From contig CAVSFD010000002.1 in assembly GCA_963727175.1 (NCBI GenBank), positions 856,782 through 920,781 of the forward strand: a stretch of DNA of 64,000 bases, given 5' to 3'. The position numbers and the translations under genes were made by a program. How positions within the stretch are numbered: the stretch's first letter is position 1; every line of letters starts with the position of its first letter. This document shows positions 36,857 to 47,870 of this stretch, piece after piece. Source of the DNA: an uncultured Spirochaetota bacterium (lineage in GTDB: Bacteria > Spirochaetota > UBA4802 > UBA5550). Below the pieces are notes generated by a model, which was not told the origin of the DNA, made no database searches, and was given only the letters and a program-made list of their open reading frames with translations.

Positions 36857-37937
36857 TCTTTTTTGCCGGCACCGAATTTGTTTTTTACCCGTATGGCGGC
36901 ACGGACCAGGCTCCGCGCATTTCCCATCTTAAGAAGTCCTTCGGGGAAAAAGAGCATGATGACGATGAGGATACTCCCGAAGACAAACTCGTCGTAGCTC
37001 CCGAAATAGCCCCGCAGGGACAGGTAATTGAGGATTACGCCCATTATCAGGGCACCCCAGAGGTTCGCCATGCCCCCGACCGCCACGATGGCAACATAGC
37101 TGACCGATTTCATAACATCCGCCTCCGACGGGCCGATGCCGCCGTTGAAGTGGGTGAGAAACACGCCTGCGACGCAGGCAAAAACGGCAGAAAGGACAAA
37201 GATGAAGAGCTTGTACCGCGCCGTGTCAACGCCCATGGCGTTGGCGGCCTCCTCGCTCCCGTGGATTGAGCGCAGGGCCCGTCCCACCCGGGAATCGATC
37301 ATGTTCATGAGCAGCACCACCCCCGCGACAACCAGGAAGGAGGCAATGTAAAAATTCTGGACCCGCAGGGCCGGGTCACCGCTCACGGCGAGGCTCCCGG
37401 CTATGTGAAAAGACGGGATGTCCGATATCCCGTCGGCCTCGCCGAACAACCGCGACCCGAGCACGATCCGGTATACGATGATGCCGAAACCGAGGGTCGC
37501 CATGGCCAGGTAGTGGCCCTTGAGCTTGAGTATCGGTATCCCTATCAGGAAGGCCACCACCGCGGTCAGGACCACCGCGGCAGCCAGAGCCGCCCAGGGC
37601 GACAGGTGCTGTATCTCGGTTCCGTAGGCGTTTTTTTCTATGACTGTGAGGCCTATGTTCTTCGCGAAGTTTACAATGGCGCTGTCCTTCACGTTCATGA
37701 TGTTATAGGTAGTGAGGACCGCGGTGGTGTAGCCGCCCATGGCGAAAAAGGCCGCGTGTCCCATGGAAATCTGGCCCGCGTACCCCATGAGCACCGTAAG
37801 GCCCAGGATGACCAGACTGAATAATATGCTGCCATGGTTAGCTGAGTAAGGTAGAATTCCCGGTTCATCGCAGAGACAGCAATCTGAAAAATAACGATGC
37901 AGGCGATCAGGACGTAAACGGGGATGTACTTTTTCAT
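36853..37937 (-). pseudogene. livM: LivM-type ABC permease with an apparent 1-bp frameshift near 37816
   Basis: The N-terminus MKKYIPVYVLIACIVIFQIAVSAMNREFYLTQLTMAAYYS is in one frame, the rest (LVILGLTVLMGYAGQISMGH...) in another. The ATG at 37937 abuts the livH stop at 37943. A sequencing indel is likely. Confidence 0.7.
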
Positions 37938-37942
37938 GACCA

Positions 37943-38833
37943 TCAGAATTCCTTCAGTTCCGCCGCTTCCTTGGTGCCCAGGAGGCCGCTGGGCTTGACG
38001 AACAGGATAACAAGGAGAATGGCGATGGCAATGGCATCCTTGTATGCCAGGGGGAGTATGCTGATGCTGAAAGCCTCCAGGAGTCCGATGATGATCCCCC
38101 CTATGATCGCCCCGGTGCTGTTGCCCATTCCCCCCAGGATGGCCACGGTGAATCCCTTGATGGCAAGGGACGTGCCGCAATCGTACTGGGTCTGGGTGAT
38201 GGGGGATATGACGCACCCCGCAAGGGCGCCGATGGCGGCGCTCAGCATGAAGGATATGGTGACCATGTTCCTGGTATTGATGCCGCAGAGCCTGGCCGCG
38301 GTGATGTTGGATGCGCAGGCCCGCATAGACCGTCCCGTGAGGGTGAATTTAAAGAAAACCCCCAGGAACATGACGATCACGGAGCAAACACCCAGGGCCC
38401 AGAGCACCTGCGGGGAGATGTAGGCGCCCAGCAGGTTGATGGAAGTAATTTCATTGCCGGTAAAATACGGCAGGGAACGCACCTTCTCATCCCACACGTG
38501 CAGGGCTATCTCCCTGATCATGATGGAAAGACCGACGGTGACGATTATCATGTTGAGGACCGAAGGGCTTTTCAGCCTCCGGATGAAAAGAAAGTCAATC
38601 AGGGCCCCCACGAAGGAAGTTATGACCACAGCGGCCAGGATGGCCAGGGGAAGCGGCATGAAGGCGGACAGGGAGATGGCGGTCATGCCTCCGAGCATGA
38701 CGAACTCGCCCTGGGCAAAATTGATTATGCCCGTGGTATTGTAAATGATATTGAACCCGATGGCAACAATGGCATAGATGCTGCCATTGGTAATGCCTGA
38801 TAGGACATATTGTAATAAATGCTCAAAAGACAT
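37943..38833 (-). CDS. livH: ABC permease (LivH-type)
   Basis: 296 aa, eight TM helices, LivH conserved blocks. Confidence 0.85.
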   Translation of the reverse strand: MSFEHLLQYVLSGITNGSIYAIVAIGFNIIYNTTGIINFAQGEFVMLGGMTAISLSAFMPLPLAILAAVVITSFVGALIDFLFIRRLKSPSVLNMIIVTVGLSIMIREIALHVWDEKVRSLPYFTGNEITSINLLGAYISPQVLWALGVCSVIVMFLGVFFKFTLTGRSMRACASNITAARLCGINTRNMVTISFMLSAAIGALAGCVISPITQTQYDCGTSLAIKGFTVAILGGMGNSTGAIIGGIIIGLLEAFSISILPLAYKDAIAIAILLVILFVKPSGLLGTKEAAELKEF

Positions 38834-38897
38834 GGTGCCTTAAACGCATAAAGGCGACGTCTCGTGACGCCGCCTTCACGCAGACATATAAATTTTC

Positions 38898-40046
38898 TTA
38901 TTCGTATTTCACAAACTTGCCGCCTTTTACGGTGAGCATATCAAAGGCGTTTATGTCAAGCCCATTGTGGTCCTGGGGCGAAAAATTGAATACGCCGGCA
39001 GTACCTGCCAGGCCTTTCAGGTTCTCGATGGCGTCGCGAACCTTCTCCTTGTCGGAGCCGGCCTTCTTGATGGCTTCCACGAGGATGAGCATCGCGTCGT
39101 AGGCATGGCCGCCGAAGGTGCTGGCGTCCTCGCCGTACTTCGATTCATAGTCCTTCTTGTACTTCATCAGCAGGGCCTTCTGGGGATGGTTCTCCGGCAG
39201 GGCCTCGGCTATGAGGAGCCGCCCGCAGGGGAAGATGATGCCCTCGGCCGCTTCTCCGGCTTCCTTAACATACTTGATGTTGCCGAAGCCGTGGCTCTGA
39301 AACAGGGGGATACCCATGTTGATCTGTTTCATGTTTTTTGCTACTATGGATTGAGCCGGGACTATTGACCAGTTCACCACAGCCTGGACGTTCTTTGTTT
39401 TCAGCTTTGTGAGCACGCCCGTCAGGTCGGTTGCTTTCTTGTCATATACCTCGCTGATCAGGATCGTTATGCCCTGGGCCGGGGCCAGTTTTTCCAGCTG
39501 TTCCTTGCCCGCGATACCATAACCATCGTTGCTTGACACGATGCCGATTTTTGTGATGCCCTTTTTCTTCATCACATCATAAATCCTCTGGGCCGCATGG
39601 CTGTCCTTCTGCGGCGACTTGAACACGTACTTGGCCACGGGGTTGACAATCACTTCGGCTGCCGCGCAGGAGATGAGAATCGTTTTCGCGTCCTCGCAGA
39701 TGGTCTTGATCTTCATAGTTTCGCCGCTGGTGGAAGGGCCTATTATGGCGAAGACCTTGTCTTCCTCGATCAGCTGCTTGGCAAAGGAAATGGCCTTTTC
39801 AGGGTTGCCCGCGGAATCTTTTACGATAAGCTTGAGGGATTTGCCATTAATCCCCCCATTGTTGTTGATATCATCGACCATCATCTGCGCTGTTTTCGCC
39901 TCGGGTGCTCCCAGGAACGAGGCCGGGCCCGTCACGGCAAAGATCGCACCGATCTTGATGGTTTCACCGCTCTGTTTCTTGCAGGAAAATGCAAGGGGAA
40001 GCAGGCTTACGCATAATATTGTTGCAAACAGTTTTTTTAATAACAT
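38898..40046 (-). CDS. livK: Leu/Ile/Val-type periplasmic substrate-binding protein, copy 1
   Basis: Lipoprotein-type signal (LLPLAFSCKKQSG) and the type I periplasmic binding fold. ~80% identical to the next gene. Confidence 0.8.
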   Translation of the reverse strand: MLLKKLFATILCVSLLPLAFSCKKQSGETIKIGAIFAVTGPASFLGAPEAKTAQMMVDDINNNGGINGKSLKLIVKDSAGNPEKAISFAKQLIEEDKVFAIIGPSTSGETMKIKTICEDAKTILISCAAAEVIVNPVAKYVFKSPQKDSHAAQRIYDVMKKKGITKIGIVSSNDGYGIAGKEQLEKLAPAQGITILISEVYDKKATDLTGVLTKLKTKNVQAVVNWSIVPAQSIVAKNMKQINMGIPLFQSHGFGNIKYVKEAGEAAEGIIFPCGRLLIAEALPENHPQKALLMKYKKDYESKYGEDASTFGGHAYDAMLILVEAIKKAGSDKEKVRDAIENLKGLAGTAGVFNFSPQDHNGLDINAFDMLTVKGGKFVKYE

Positions 40047-40169
40047 GACGCCTCCAGTGGTAACATTAAAAAATTAAAAATTGTGCTTCAGGGTAGGAAA
40101 AAATTAGTGTAAATCAATACTATCAGCTTTTTTACGTCAAGCACTATGCATGCCGCGGCCAGGATTTGT

Positions 40170-40202
40170 AAAGGCGGCGCTAACGCTAAAGGCGCCGCCT
40201 TT
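40170..40202. terminator. 11-bp perfect-stem hairpin between the duplicated livK genes
   Basis: AAAGGCGGCGC-taacgctaaag-GCGCCGCCTTT. A weaker related hairpin follows copy 1 at ~38850-38880. Confidence 0.45.
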
Positions 40203-40212
40203 ACAGAATTGA

Positions 40213-41367
40213 CTATTTATCTTCGTATTTAACGAACTTGCCCCCCTTGACGGTGAGCATATCAAAGGCGTTAATATCGAGTCCCAGATGGTCCTGAGGC
40301 GAAAAATTATACACCCCGCCTATGCCGGCAAGGTCCTTCAGGTTCTCGATTGCATCGCGCACCTTTTCCCTGTCGGTACCAGCTTTCTTGATGGCCTCGG
40401 CCAGGACAATGACCGCGTCATAGGCGTGGCCCCCGAAGGTGCTGGCCTCCTCGCCGAATTTCGACTCGTAATCCTTTTTATATTTCATGAGAACATTCTT
40501 CTGGGGATGGTTATCCGGGAGCGCCTCGGCTATGAGAAGCCGCCCGCAGGGGAAGATGATCCCCTCGCCCGCCTCACCGGCCTCCTTTGCGTACTTGATG
40601 TTCCCGAAACCGCTGCTCTGGAAGAGCTGCACATCCAGGTTGAGCTGTTTCATGTTCTTCGCGACAATGGACTGTGCCGGAACGATGGACCAGTTCACGA
40701 CGGCCTGGACGTTTTTCGCTTTAAGCTTCGTGAGCACTCCGGTAAGGTCGGTGGCCTTCTTGTCGTACACCTCGCTGATCAGGACCGCGATGCCGTTCCT
40801 GGCCGCGGCCTTTTCCATCTGCTCTTTGCCGGCTATGCCGTAGCCGTCGTTGCTTGACACGAGGCCGATCTTCGTGATTCCCTTTTTCTTCATCACCTCG
40901 CAGATCTTCTGCGCCCCGAAGCTGTCATTCTGGGCGACCTTGAAAATGTATTTCGCGACCGGATTCGTGATCACTTCTGCGGCAGCGCAGGATACAAGGA
41001 TCGTCTTCCCTTCTTCGCAGATGGCCTTGATCTTCATGGTTTCACCGCTGGTGGAAGGGCCGATGATGGCGAAAACCTTTTCTTCCTCGATCAGCTGCTT
41101 GGCAAAGGAGATGGCCTTTTCCGGACTCCCCGCAGAATCCTTGATGACAAGCTCAAGGTTTTTCCCGTTGACGCCGCCGGTACTGTTGATTTCATCAACC
41201 ATCATCTGGGCAGTCTTCGCCTCGGGAGCGCCCAGGAATGATGCCGGGCCGGTCACCGCAAAAATCGCTCCTATTTTTATGGATTCACCGCTTTGTTTCT
41301 TGCAGGAAAATACAAACGGAATCAATGCAACGCACGCCAGCACAACAAAAAATTTTTTTAACGTCAT
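40213..41367 (-). CDS. livK: Leu/Ile/Val-type periplasmic substrate-binding protein, copy 2 (tandem paralog)
   Basis: 384 aa, collinear with and ~80% identical to copy 1. Confidence 0.8.
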   Translation of the reverse strand: MTLKKFFVVLACVALIPFVFSCKKQSGESIKIGAIFAVTGPASFLGAPEAKTAQMMVDEINSTGGVNGKNLELVIKDSAGSPEKAISFAKQLIEEEKVFAIIGPSTSGETMKIKAICEEGKTILVSCAAAEVITNPVAKYIFKVAQNDSFGAQKICEVMKKKGITKIGLVSSNDGYGIAGKEQMEKAAARNGIAVLISEVYDKKATDLTGVLTKLKAKNVQAVVNWSIVPAQSIVAKNMKQLNLDVQLFQSSGFGNIKYAKEAGEAGEGIIFPCGRLLIAEALPDNHPQKNVLMKYKKDYESKFGEEASTFGGHAYDAVIVLAEAIKKAGTDREKVRDAIENLKDLAGIGGVYNFSPQDHLGLDINAFDMLTVKGGKFVKYEDK

Positions 41368-41726
41368 AATGCCTCCCTCTTGTATTAATGACCAACCGAT
41401 AGTATATAATTCCGCTTTACGTTATCCCTTCCCTCGCTGCCGGACAGGAAGACGATACCGAAGCTTTATTCGTGATAAATGAAAACTCATCCGGGGATTC
41501 CGTCAAGCACTATGCGGCCCCTCCTGCAATTATTACCGGTCCGGCCCGGGGGCTATCGGTCGGAACAACTGCTCCCGGTAGGGGACAGCCTGGCGCGCTA
41601 CTTTACCTCACGGGAATACAGGAAGCTTGCAGACGATGCGATGGAAAAAAGAAGCGTGGTTTTCGACCGGGAGCGGATGATACAGCTGAGAAAATCGCAT
41701 CCTGATTATCAGGATCACCGATAAAA

Positions 41727-41761
41727 CAATCCCCCCGGCACCCCAGGGGAAGGGGGGATTG
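41727..41761. terminator. bidirectional intrinsic terminator
   Basis: CAATCCCCCC-ggcaccccaggggaa-GGGGGGATTG: a 10-bp perfect stem with T-rich flanks. Lies between convergent ORFs. Confidence 0.6.
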
Positions 41762-41808
41762 TTTCTCTCCTGGATGACCGGCGTCGGCCGGGGAACACTG
41801 GTAGCCCG

Positions 41809-42609
41809 CTACTTCAGAAACAGTATCATATCAAAGGGTTCCTCTTTTTCGCCGAACATTGCAAAGAGGGGCAGGTCGACCAGGGTCAGGTCGCCGATCT
41901 TCGTCATGTCAATTTTCTTTTCGTCCTTGCCCATCTTGACGATGATCCGTTCAGGATTTATTTTTTTCCCCAGAAATATCTGGTACCGCACCGAGGAAAG
42001 AAAGAGCTGGGTGATTTGTTTCCCCATCTGGTCCATGGACTGGTCTCCGGAAGCAGACCCGTCAGGGCCGGGTTCCTTTTTGTCAGCGTTGGCGCTTTTA
42101 CTTTCTTTTTTCTGGTCTTCCGGTTTTTTCATCGGTTGGAAATGGAACACCATCTGTTTTTTACCGGGATAGAATTGCGGGATGAGGGGGAAATCCTCTT
42201 TCTTGATTTTTTCAAAGGGAAATTTTGCGTAATCGGGTACCATGAAGGAAACTTCCATACCCGCATCATAATCAGATTCAATTTTCCTGAAGGTAAGGTT
42301 CTTGACCAGGCCCTTGAGGGACTCCGGGAGCTCCTTCTTCTCCTTTTCCATGATATCACCCAGGCCCTGTTCCTTCTTCTCTCCCCCCTGCTGCTGCCCC
42401 TTCTGTGCCTGCTCAAGTGCCTTGGAGTAACGGAACACCCAGCGGACATCCATGGAGCCGTCTTCTTTCAGGTCCAGGATATGGCTGATCTGGAAACACT
42501 GCGTCAGCAGGAATACCGGCAGGAGGATGAGTGCCAGTCGGGCCGCAATAGAAATCCGCATATTAAATCGAAAGTGCCCACTGCTGTTCTTGAATTTAAA
42601 CGATTTCAT
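41809..42609 (-). CDS. hypothetical secreted/lipoprotein-like protein, Lys/Glu-rich
   Basis: Signal peptide with possible lipobox (LPVFLLTQC). No family recognised. Confidence 0.45.
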   Translation of the reverse strand: MKSFKFKNSSGHFRFNMRISIAARLALILLPVFLLTQCFQISHILDLKEDGSMDVRWVFRYSKALEQAQKGQQQGGEKKEQGLGDIMEKEKKELPESLKGLVKNLTFRKIESDYDAGMEVSFMVPDYAKFPFEKIKKEDFPLIPQFYPGKKQMVFHFQPMKKPEDQKKESKSANADKKEPGPDGSASGDQSMDQMGKQITQLFLSSVRYQIFLGKKINPERIIVKMGKDEKKIDMTKIGDLTLVDLPLFAMFGEKEEPFDMILFLK

Positions 42610-43083
42610 AATGTATTGCTCCTTATTTAGTCTGTCATTGCGAGGAGCGCAGCGATGAAAGGATCCTGCTAGTGCCGCCCTCACTATCCATAATACAACA
42701 TGCTGCTTTCATATCTTCAATGATATAGTTCCGCATGATAGCATCGCCTGGATCGCGATGACACAGGATATACCATTATGATATGTTGCCTGCACGTTCA
42801 TTAATATGATGCAGAGCGGAGTAAACGTCAAGCAAATAACTGCCGGGGCCACGATTCTCCCGTCTGGTGTACGGCTGATCCATGCAAATTCCTCAGCATA
42901 TCATCCGCAATTCTTTAAAAAAATCCTTTACATAAACCGCACTCAATGCAATAATACAAGCGCACCCCTTGAGCCAGCTCAATGAATTTCGGCCCCTGCA
43001 CCATGCAGAATGTCTTCCAGTATTGTTTCCGGCCCAGAGTACACGGGGTACTATGGTTCAATAAGTATAAAACGTGATGCCTG

Positions 43084-44565
43084 ATGGATAGACCCAAAAG
43101 AAAAAAAGCCAGAGCAGAAGAAAAAACCGGTAAAGCCGGTCAACGAAAACCTGCAGCAGACGGAGTTGATAAAACCTCCCTCTACCCCCGTCTCATCGAG
43201 TCCATACCCGACATGCTCGTCTACACCGATCTTAAAGGAACCATCCTCATGGTCAGCAACCGGACAGTGCTGGGCCATGGCTACCGGCAGGCCGCGGATT
43301 TGATCGGAAAGAAAGCCTCTGACCTTATAGCAGCTGAAGAACGCACTCTTGTAGAAGAAACCATTGGAAAGCTTCATAAATCCAGGACAATGATCATCGA
43401 ACACACTCTCATCAGAAAAGACGGATCGTTCTTCCCCGCGGAAGTTTATATTTCCCTGGTCCAGGATGAAACCGGCAGTCCCTGCGGAATCCTTTCAATA
43501 GCAAGGGATATCACAGAGCGCCGGCGCGCGGAATCGGCCCTGAAGGAAAGCGAGGAGCGCTACCGCCTCGTGTCCCAGTTGTCCGTCGATTATTTTTTCA
43601 AAGTCGACATCTCCCCGGACGGCGCACCAGGCCTGTCATATGTGTCCGAAAACATAAAGGCCATAACCGGCCGTCAGCAGGATGACATTACGGGTCTTGA
43701 CCAGTGGATCAGCGTCATTCACCCCGACGACCAGGGACGGTTTCTCACGTTCTACCGGAAAGTTATGACTGACGGCCTGGACGACAGCCTTGAATGCCGG
43801 TCATTCTTGAAATCCGGAGACATGAGATGGATCAATGTGGCTGTCCACCCGACCCTTGACCCGTCGGGCGGCAGGGTGATCTCTATCCTGGGAACCGTCA
43901 AGGACATCACCGAGCGCAAGCAGGCGGAAGAAAAGATCATGGCGTCACTCAGCGAAAAGGAAACGCTCCTGAAAGAGATCCATCACCGCGTGAAGAACAA
44001 CATGCAGATCATCACCAGCCTCCTGAACCTGCAGGCGCACTATATAGATAACGTGGAACTGGGGAAGCATTTTACCGAAGCGGAGAACCGGATCAGGTCC
44101 ATGGCACTGGTCCATGAAAAGCTGTACCAGTCCGGAGACCTGGGGCATATCGATTTTTCATTGTACCTTTCCGAGCTTGCCAGTACGATCATGTACAGTT
44201 ATACAACGACTACCCGGAGAATTATCATGAACATCGACGCCCGGCCGGTGTTTCTATCCATTAACCAGGCGATCCCGGCGGGCCTTCTCGTTACCGAACT
44301 CCTGAGTAACGCCATAAAGCACGCCTTCCCCGCCGGCTGGGACGGCAGTCCCGAAGTGCTCATTTCTTTACGGGAGACCAATGGCGGGACGGTGGAACTG
44401 GCCGTCGGCGATAATGGCATAGGGCTCCCCGGGGACAGGGGGATAGGTTCGGATAAGAGCCTCGGGCTGTCGCTGGTACCCATGCTGGCAGACCAGCTCA
44501 ACGGCACCGTGGTTCTCGACAGGTCCCGCGGGGCTGTGTTCACCATAACATTCAAAAAGCAATGA
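43084..44565 (+). CDS. PAS-PAS sensor histidine kinase, HisKA_2/HWE-type
   Basis: Two PAS domains, an H-box (EIHHRVKNNMQIITSLLNLQA, HisKA_2) and HATPase_c (GIGLPGD...GLGLSLV). Confidence 0.8.
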   Translation: MDRPKRKKARAEEKTGKAGQRKPAADGVDKTSLYPRLIESIPDMLVYTDLKGTILMVSNRTVLGHGYRQAADLIGKKASDLIAAEERTLVEETIGKLHKSRTMIIEHTLIRKDGSFFPAEVYISLVQDETGSPCGILSIARDITERRRAESALKESEERYRLVSQLSVDYFFKVDISPDGAPGLSYVSENIKAITGRQQDDITGLDQWISVIHPDDQGRFLTFYRKVMTDGLDDSLECRSFLKSGDMRWINVAVHPTLDPSGGRVISILGTVKDITERKQAEEKIMASLSEKETLLKEIHHRVKNNMQIITSLLNLQAHYIDNVELGKHFTEAENRIRSMALVHEKLYQSGDLGHIDFSLYLSELASTIMYSYTTTTRRIIMNIDARPVFLSINQAIPAGLLVTELLSNAIKHAFPAGWDGSPEVLISLRETNGGTVELAVGDNGIGLPGDRGIGSDKSLGLSLVPMLADQLNGTVVLDRSRGAVFTITFKKQ

Positions 44566-44597
44566 GCCCCAATCCGCCGCATTGCGGCGGCGCCCGA

Positions 44598-46766
44598 TCA
44601 TTCTATGCCCTTAACGATTTCATCCAGGGTGTTGACTTTCTGATTTATTGATTTCGAGATATCGCTTATGGTATGGGTCGACTGCGACACCTCCTGGGCG
44701 ATCTCCGACAGGCGCGATATCGTCTTCAGCAGTTCCTCCATGGCGGAGTTCTGCTCCCTGGTCGAAAGGGTAATCTCCTCGGCCAGGTTGTCCATGAGGT
44801 CCGCCTGCTTCGTGACGTCCTGGATGGACCGCGCCTGGTTCGCCATCAGCTTCGCCACGATATCAATGCGGTGATTTATCGTCTCCACCATTTTGAATAT
44901 CACCTCGATGGAGTTGTTGGTGTTGTTCACCATCCCCATCCCCTCCTGGATGTCCTGGGATATCTGCCGTATCTTGCTCGATATCTCCTTGGAATTGTCC
45001 GAGGTGGCCTGGGCCAGCTTGCCGATTTCGTCGGCGACCACCGCGAAGCCCCGGCCGTGCTCGCCGGCCCGGGCAGCCTCGATGGCAGCGTTCAGGCTGA
45101 GAAGGTTTATCCGGTCAGTGATGTCGTCGATCATGACGACAAACTGGTCGATGGATTTACCCCCCGCCATGATGACGTTCATCTTGTTGATCAGGTTCCG
45201 CATGGTGAACTCGGTCACGTGGGTCGAATCCGATATGACCTGCATGCTGTCCACCACGGCCTGGCTTGATTCGCCGATCTCATTCTGCGTCTGGACCGTC
45301 ATGACGGACAGCTCCTTGGTCTTCTTTCCCTGGTCGCGCTGGTTGACGGTGCGCTTGTAGATGATATCATTGGACGAGGCCAGTTCCTCGAAGGTCGCCG
45401 ACATCTCCTCGCTGGTGGATGCCTGCTCCGTGGCCATCTCTGAAAACTTGGAGCCCATGGAGGAGAGTTCGTAGCCGATTGACAGGAGGTCGCGGGATAT
45501 GGATTTCACGGTTTCCACGATCCCCTCGAGGTACTCCGCCCGTTTCCTGGCTTCCTTTTCCTTTTTTTCTATGTCGATATTAAGCTTTTCCAGGTTCTTC
45601 TTCATGGTGTTGATGTTGTCCCCCAGGCCGAGGGAGACCAGCACCACCATCACTGACGATCCGATCTGGATGCTCCAGGTGGTGATGGCGCTCACCGGCA
45701 GCACCGCGAAGGTTTTAAGGGTGTAGGCCGCAATACCCAGCATCAGGCCGCTCCATCCGATAAGGAAGAACCGGGCCGGCCTCGAGCCGCGGAAGGTCAG
45801 GTACGCGGCCAGGGGGATGAGCGTAAAGGCAAAAAACATGGAATTTATCGTGGCTATTTTAATGCCGTATTTATAGGGCATCACCAGGGTTGCGACCATG
45901 AGCACCGCGCTGGGCACGACCAGGGCGATCAGCAGGAACAGGTCGATTTTCTTGTAGTACCGGGATGTCTGCAAATATATGCGAAAGAAAAAGGCGCAGA
46001 AAAAGGCAATGACGGCCATGAAGAAGGGTAGACAGTTATTGGCCCACCAGATCCAGTTCGGCCAGAGATACTGGAAGGCAAGTCCATTCAGGGTAAGCTG
46101 AAACAGCGTATAGGCGGTAATGAAAACAGAATATAATATATAACTCAACTCCCGGATAGTAAAAAAGAGGAAGAGGTTGTATACCACCATGACCATCATG
46201 AGGCCGTAGTATATCCAGAACAGGGGAAGTTCGTAGAACACATTATTAAAATAGAAGGTCGGCGACCACGCCAGGACCTGGAAGTTGACGGAACTGGTGG
46301 TATCAATCCTCATGAAATAGGTCGTGACGCCCGGCTGGGCGTCAAGGGAAAAGATGAAGGTTTTGTCCCTGATATCCCGCTGCTTAAAGGGATGGTGGTC
46401 ACCGGTCTCCTTGACGGTGAAAGTACCCTTTCCCGCAGGGATATAGAGCTTGATGAAATCTATCATCGGATAATCTATTTCAAGAAACCAGTTTATCTCT
46501 TTTTTCTCTTTATTTATAACCGGGATCCTGAACCAGTGGACCGAAGGTGTAAAACCGAAATTGAAGGCTTTTTCCTTCGTCTGCGACCAGCGGACCCCCG
46601 GGGCGGTGACATCCTTGAAAGTCAGATCGCCATTTTTGTCCTCGAGATATTCCACCTGGCGGGTAATGATTTCTTTTGTAAGCTTTTTATCTATTACCAG
46701 GGGCTCCGCGTGAGATAATGCGGATGCGATAAAAACGAAAACAAAAGCCAGTGCCATTCTTTTCAT
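44598..46766 (-). CDS. methyl-accepting chemotaxis protein with 7TMR-DISM (DISMED2 + 7TM) sensor module
   Basis: Signal peptide, a ~170-aa extracellular domain, seven TM helices, then the MCP signalling domain ([31 protein letters not shown]). Confidence 0.8.
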   Translation of the reverse strand: MKRMALAFVFVFIASALSHAEPLVIDKKLTKEIITRQVEYLEDKNGDLTFKDVTAPGVRWSQTKEKAFNFGFTPSVHWFRIPVINKEKKEINWFLEIDYPMIDFIKLYIPAGKGTFTVKETGDHHPFKQRDIRDKTFIFSLDAQPGVTTYFMRIDTTSSVNFQVLAWSPTFYFNNVFYELPLFWIYYGLMMVMVVYNLFLFFTIRELSYILYSVFITAYTLFQLTLNGLAFQYLWPNWIWWANNCLPFFMAVIAFFCAFFFRIYLQTSRYYKKIDLFLLIALVVPSAVLMVATLVMPYKYGIKIATINSMFFAFTLIPLAAYLTFRGSRPARFFLIGWSGLMLGIAAYTLKTFAVLPVSAITTWSIQIGSSVMVVLVSLGLGDNINTMKKNLEKLNIDIEKKEKEARKRAEYLEGIVETVKSISRDLLSIGYELSSMGSKFSEMATEQASTSEEMSATFEELASSNDIIYKRTVNQRDQGKKTKELSVMTVQTQNEIGESSQAVVDSMQVISDSTHVTEFTMRNLINKMNVIMAGGKSIDQFVVMIDDITDRINLLSLNAAIEAARAGEHGRGFAVVADEIGKLAQATSDNSKEISSKIRQISQDIQEGMGMVNNTNNSIEVIFKMVETINHRIDIVAKLMANQARSIQDVTKQADLMDNLAEEITLSTREQNSAMEELLKTISRLSEIAQEVSQSTHTISDISKSINQKVNTLDEIVKGIE

Positions 46767-47214
46767 AGCGGGTCCTCTAGCGGTGATCATGATGGAATCA
46801 AATATGTTCAAACTATACAGCCTCCATGGCTGCTGAGCATAGGGGAACGATATCCGGTGCGGAAATTCCTATCTTAAGGCGCAATTACCTGTCAGGAACA
46901 GAGTACTGTTATAATCCGCAGGCCCGTTCTATTAACAATTCGAGAACCCGACAGCAAGTGTCAAGATCAATATGAACAACTGTAAAATTTTTGAATAATA
47001 ATCAACAATGGTTCACCCTTACCCTCACATTCTTTTAAATTATGTCACATACTGATTGCTCTGACCCGGCATGTTCCAGGGGGCCGTCACCGGAACCAGG
47101 ATATTCGTCTATATAAGTTTGATGTAAACCCAGGAGCTGTCCCGGGAAATAACTTTACAGAATTGATTCCGGTTATGATAGTATGCAGGATACCTATTGC
47201 AACAGGCGGTACAT

Positions 47215-47799
47215 ATGGCAAAGCTCCAGTGGAAACCCTCGACGATCCTGAACCCGGTACCGGTGACCATGGTCACCTGCGCTGACGCCAAGGGCACGCC
47301 CAACATCATTACCATTGCCTGGACCGGCACCGTCAACTCTGACCCGCCCATGGTCTCCATATCGGTGCGGCCGGAACGCTATTCTCATGATCTCATCGCG
47401 GAGCAAAAAGAGTTCGTCATCAACCTTGTCACGCGGGGCCTCGTTCGTGCAGCCGATTTCTGCGGCGTGAAATCGGGAAGGGCCGTGGATAAGTTCAAGG
47501 CCGTCAGGCTCACGGCTGAGCCCTCCACGATCGTGAAAGTGCCCCTGATCGCGGAGAGCCCGGTCAATATCGAATGCCGGGTGACCAGGGTCATTCCCCT
47601 CGGCTCCCACGACATGTTCCTCGCCAGCATCGTGGCGGTCAACGTGGACGAGCGCCTCATCGACACCAAAGGGAAGCTGTGCCTGGATCGGGCCGGCCTT
47701 GCCTGCTACAACCATGGCGATTACTGCGGCCTGGGACGGCCCATGGGCTATTTCGGGTACAGCGTGCGGAGAAGAAAGAAACTGAAGCGAAGCCGGTAA
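47215..47799 (+). CDS. flavin reductase-like (flavoredoxin/NADH:FMN oxidoreductase family) protein
   Basis: PVTMVTCADAKGTPNIITIAWTG...DMFLASIV pattern of the flavin reductase-like domain. Confidence 0.7.
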   Translation: MAKLQWKPSTILNPVPVTMVTCADAKGTPNIITIAWTGTVNSDPPMVSISVRPERYSHDLIAEQKEFVINLVTRGLVRAADFCGVKSGRAVDKFKAVRLTAEPSTIVKVPLIAESPVNIECRVTRVIPLGSHDMFLASIVAVNVDERLIDTKGKLCLDRAGLACYNHGDYCGLGRPMGYFGYSVRRRKKLKRSR

Positions 47800-47870
47800 C
47801 GGCCGGGATCATCTTCATGCAGCCGGAACCGTCCTGCATGCCTGGCCCCGGCATAGCTCACGCCGCCCCA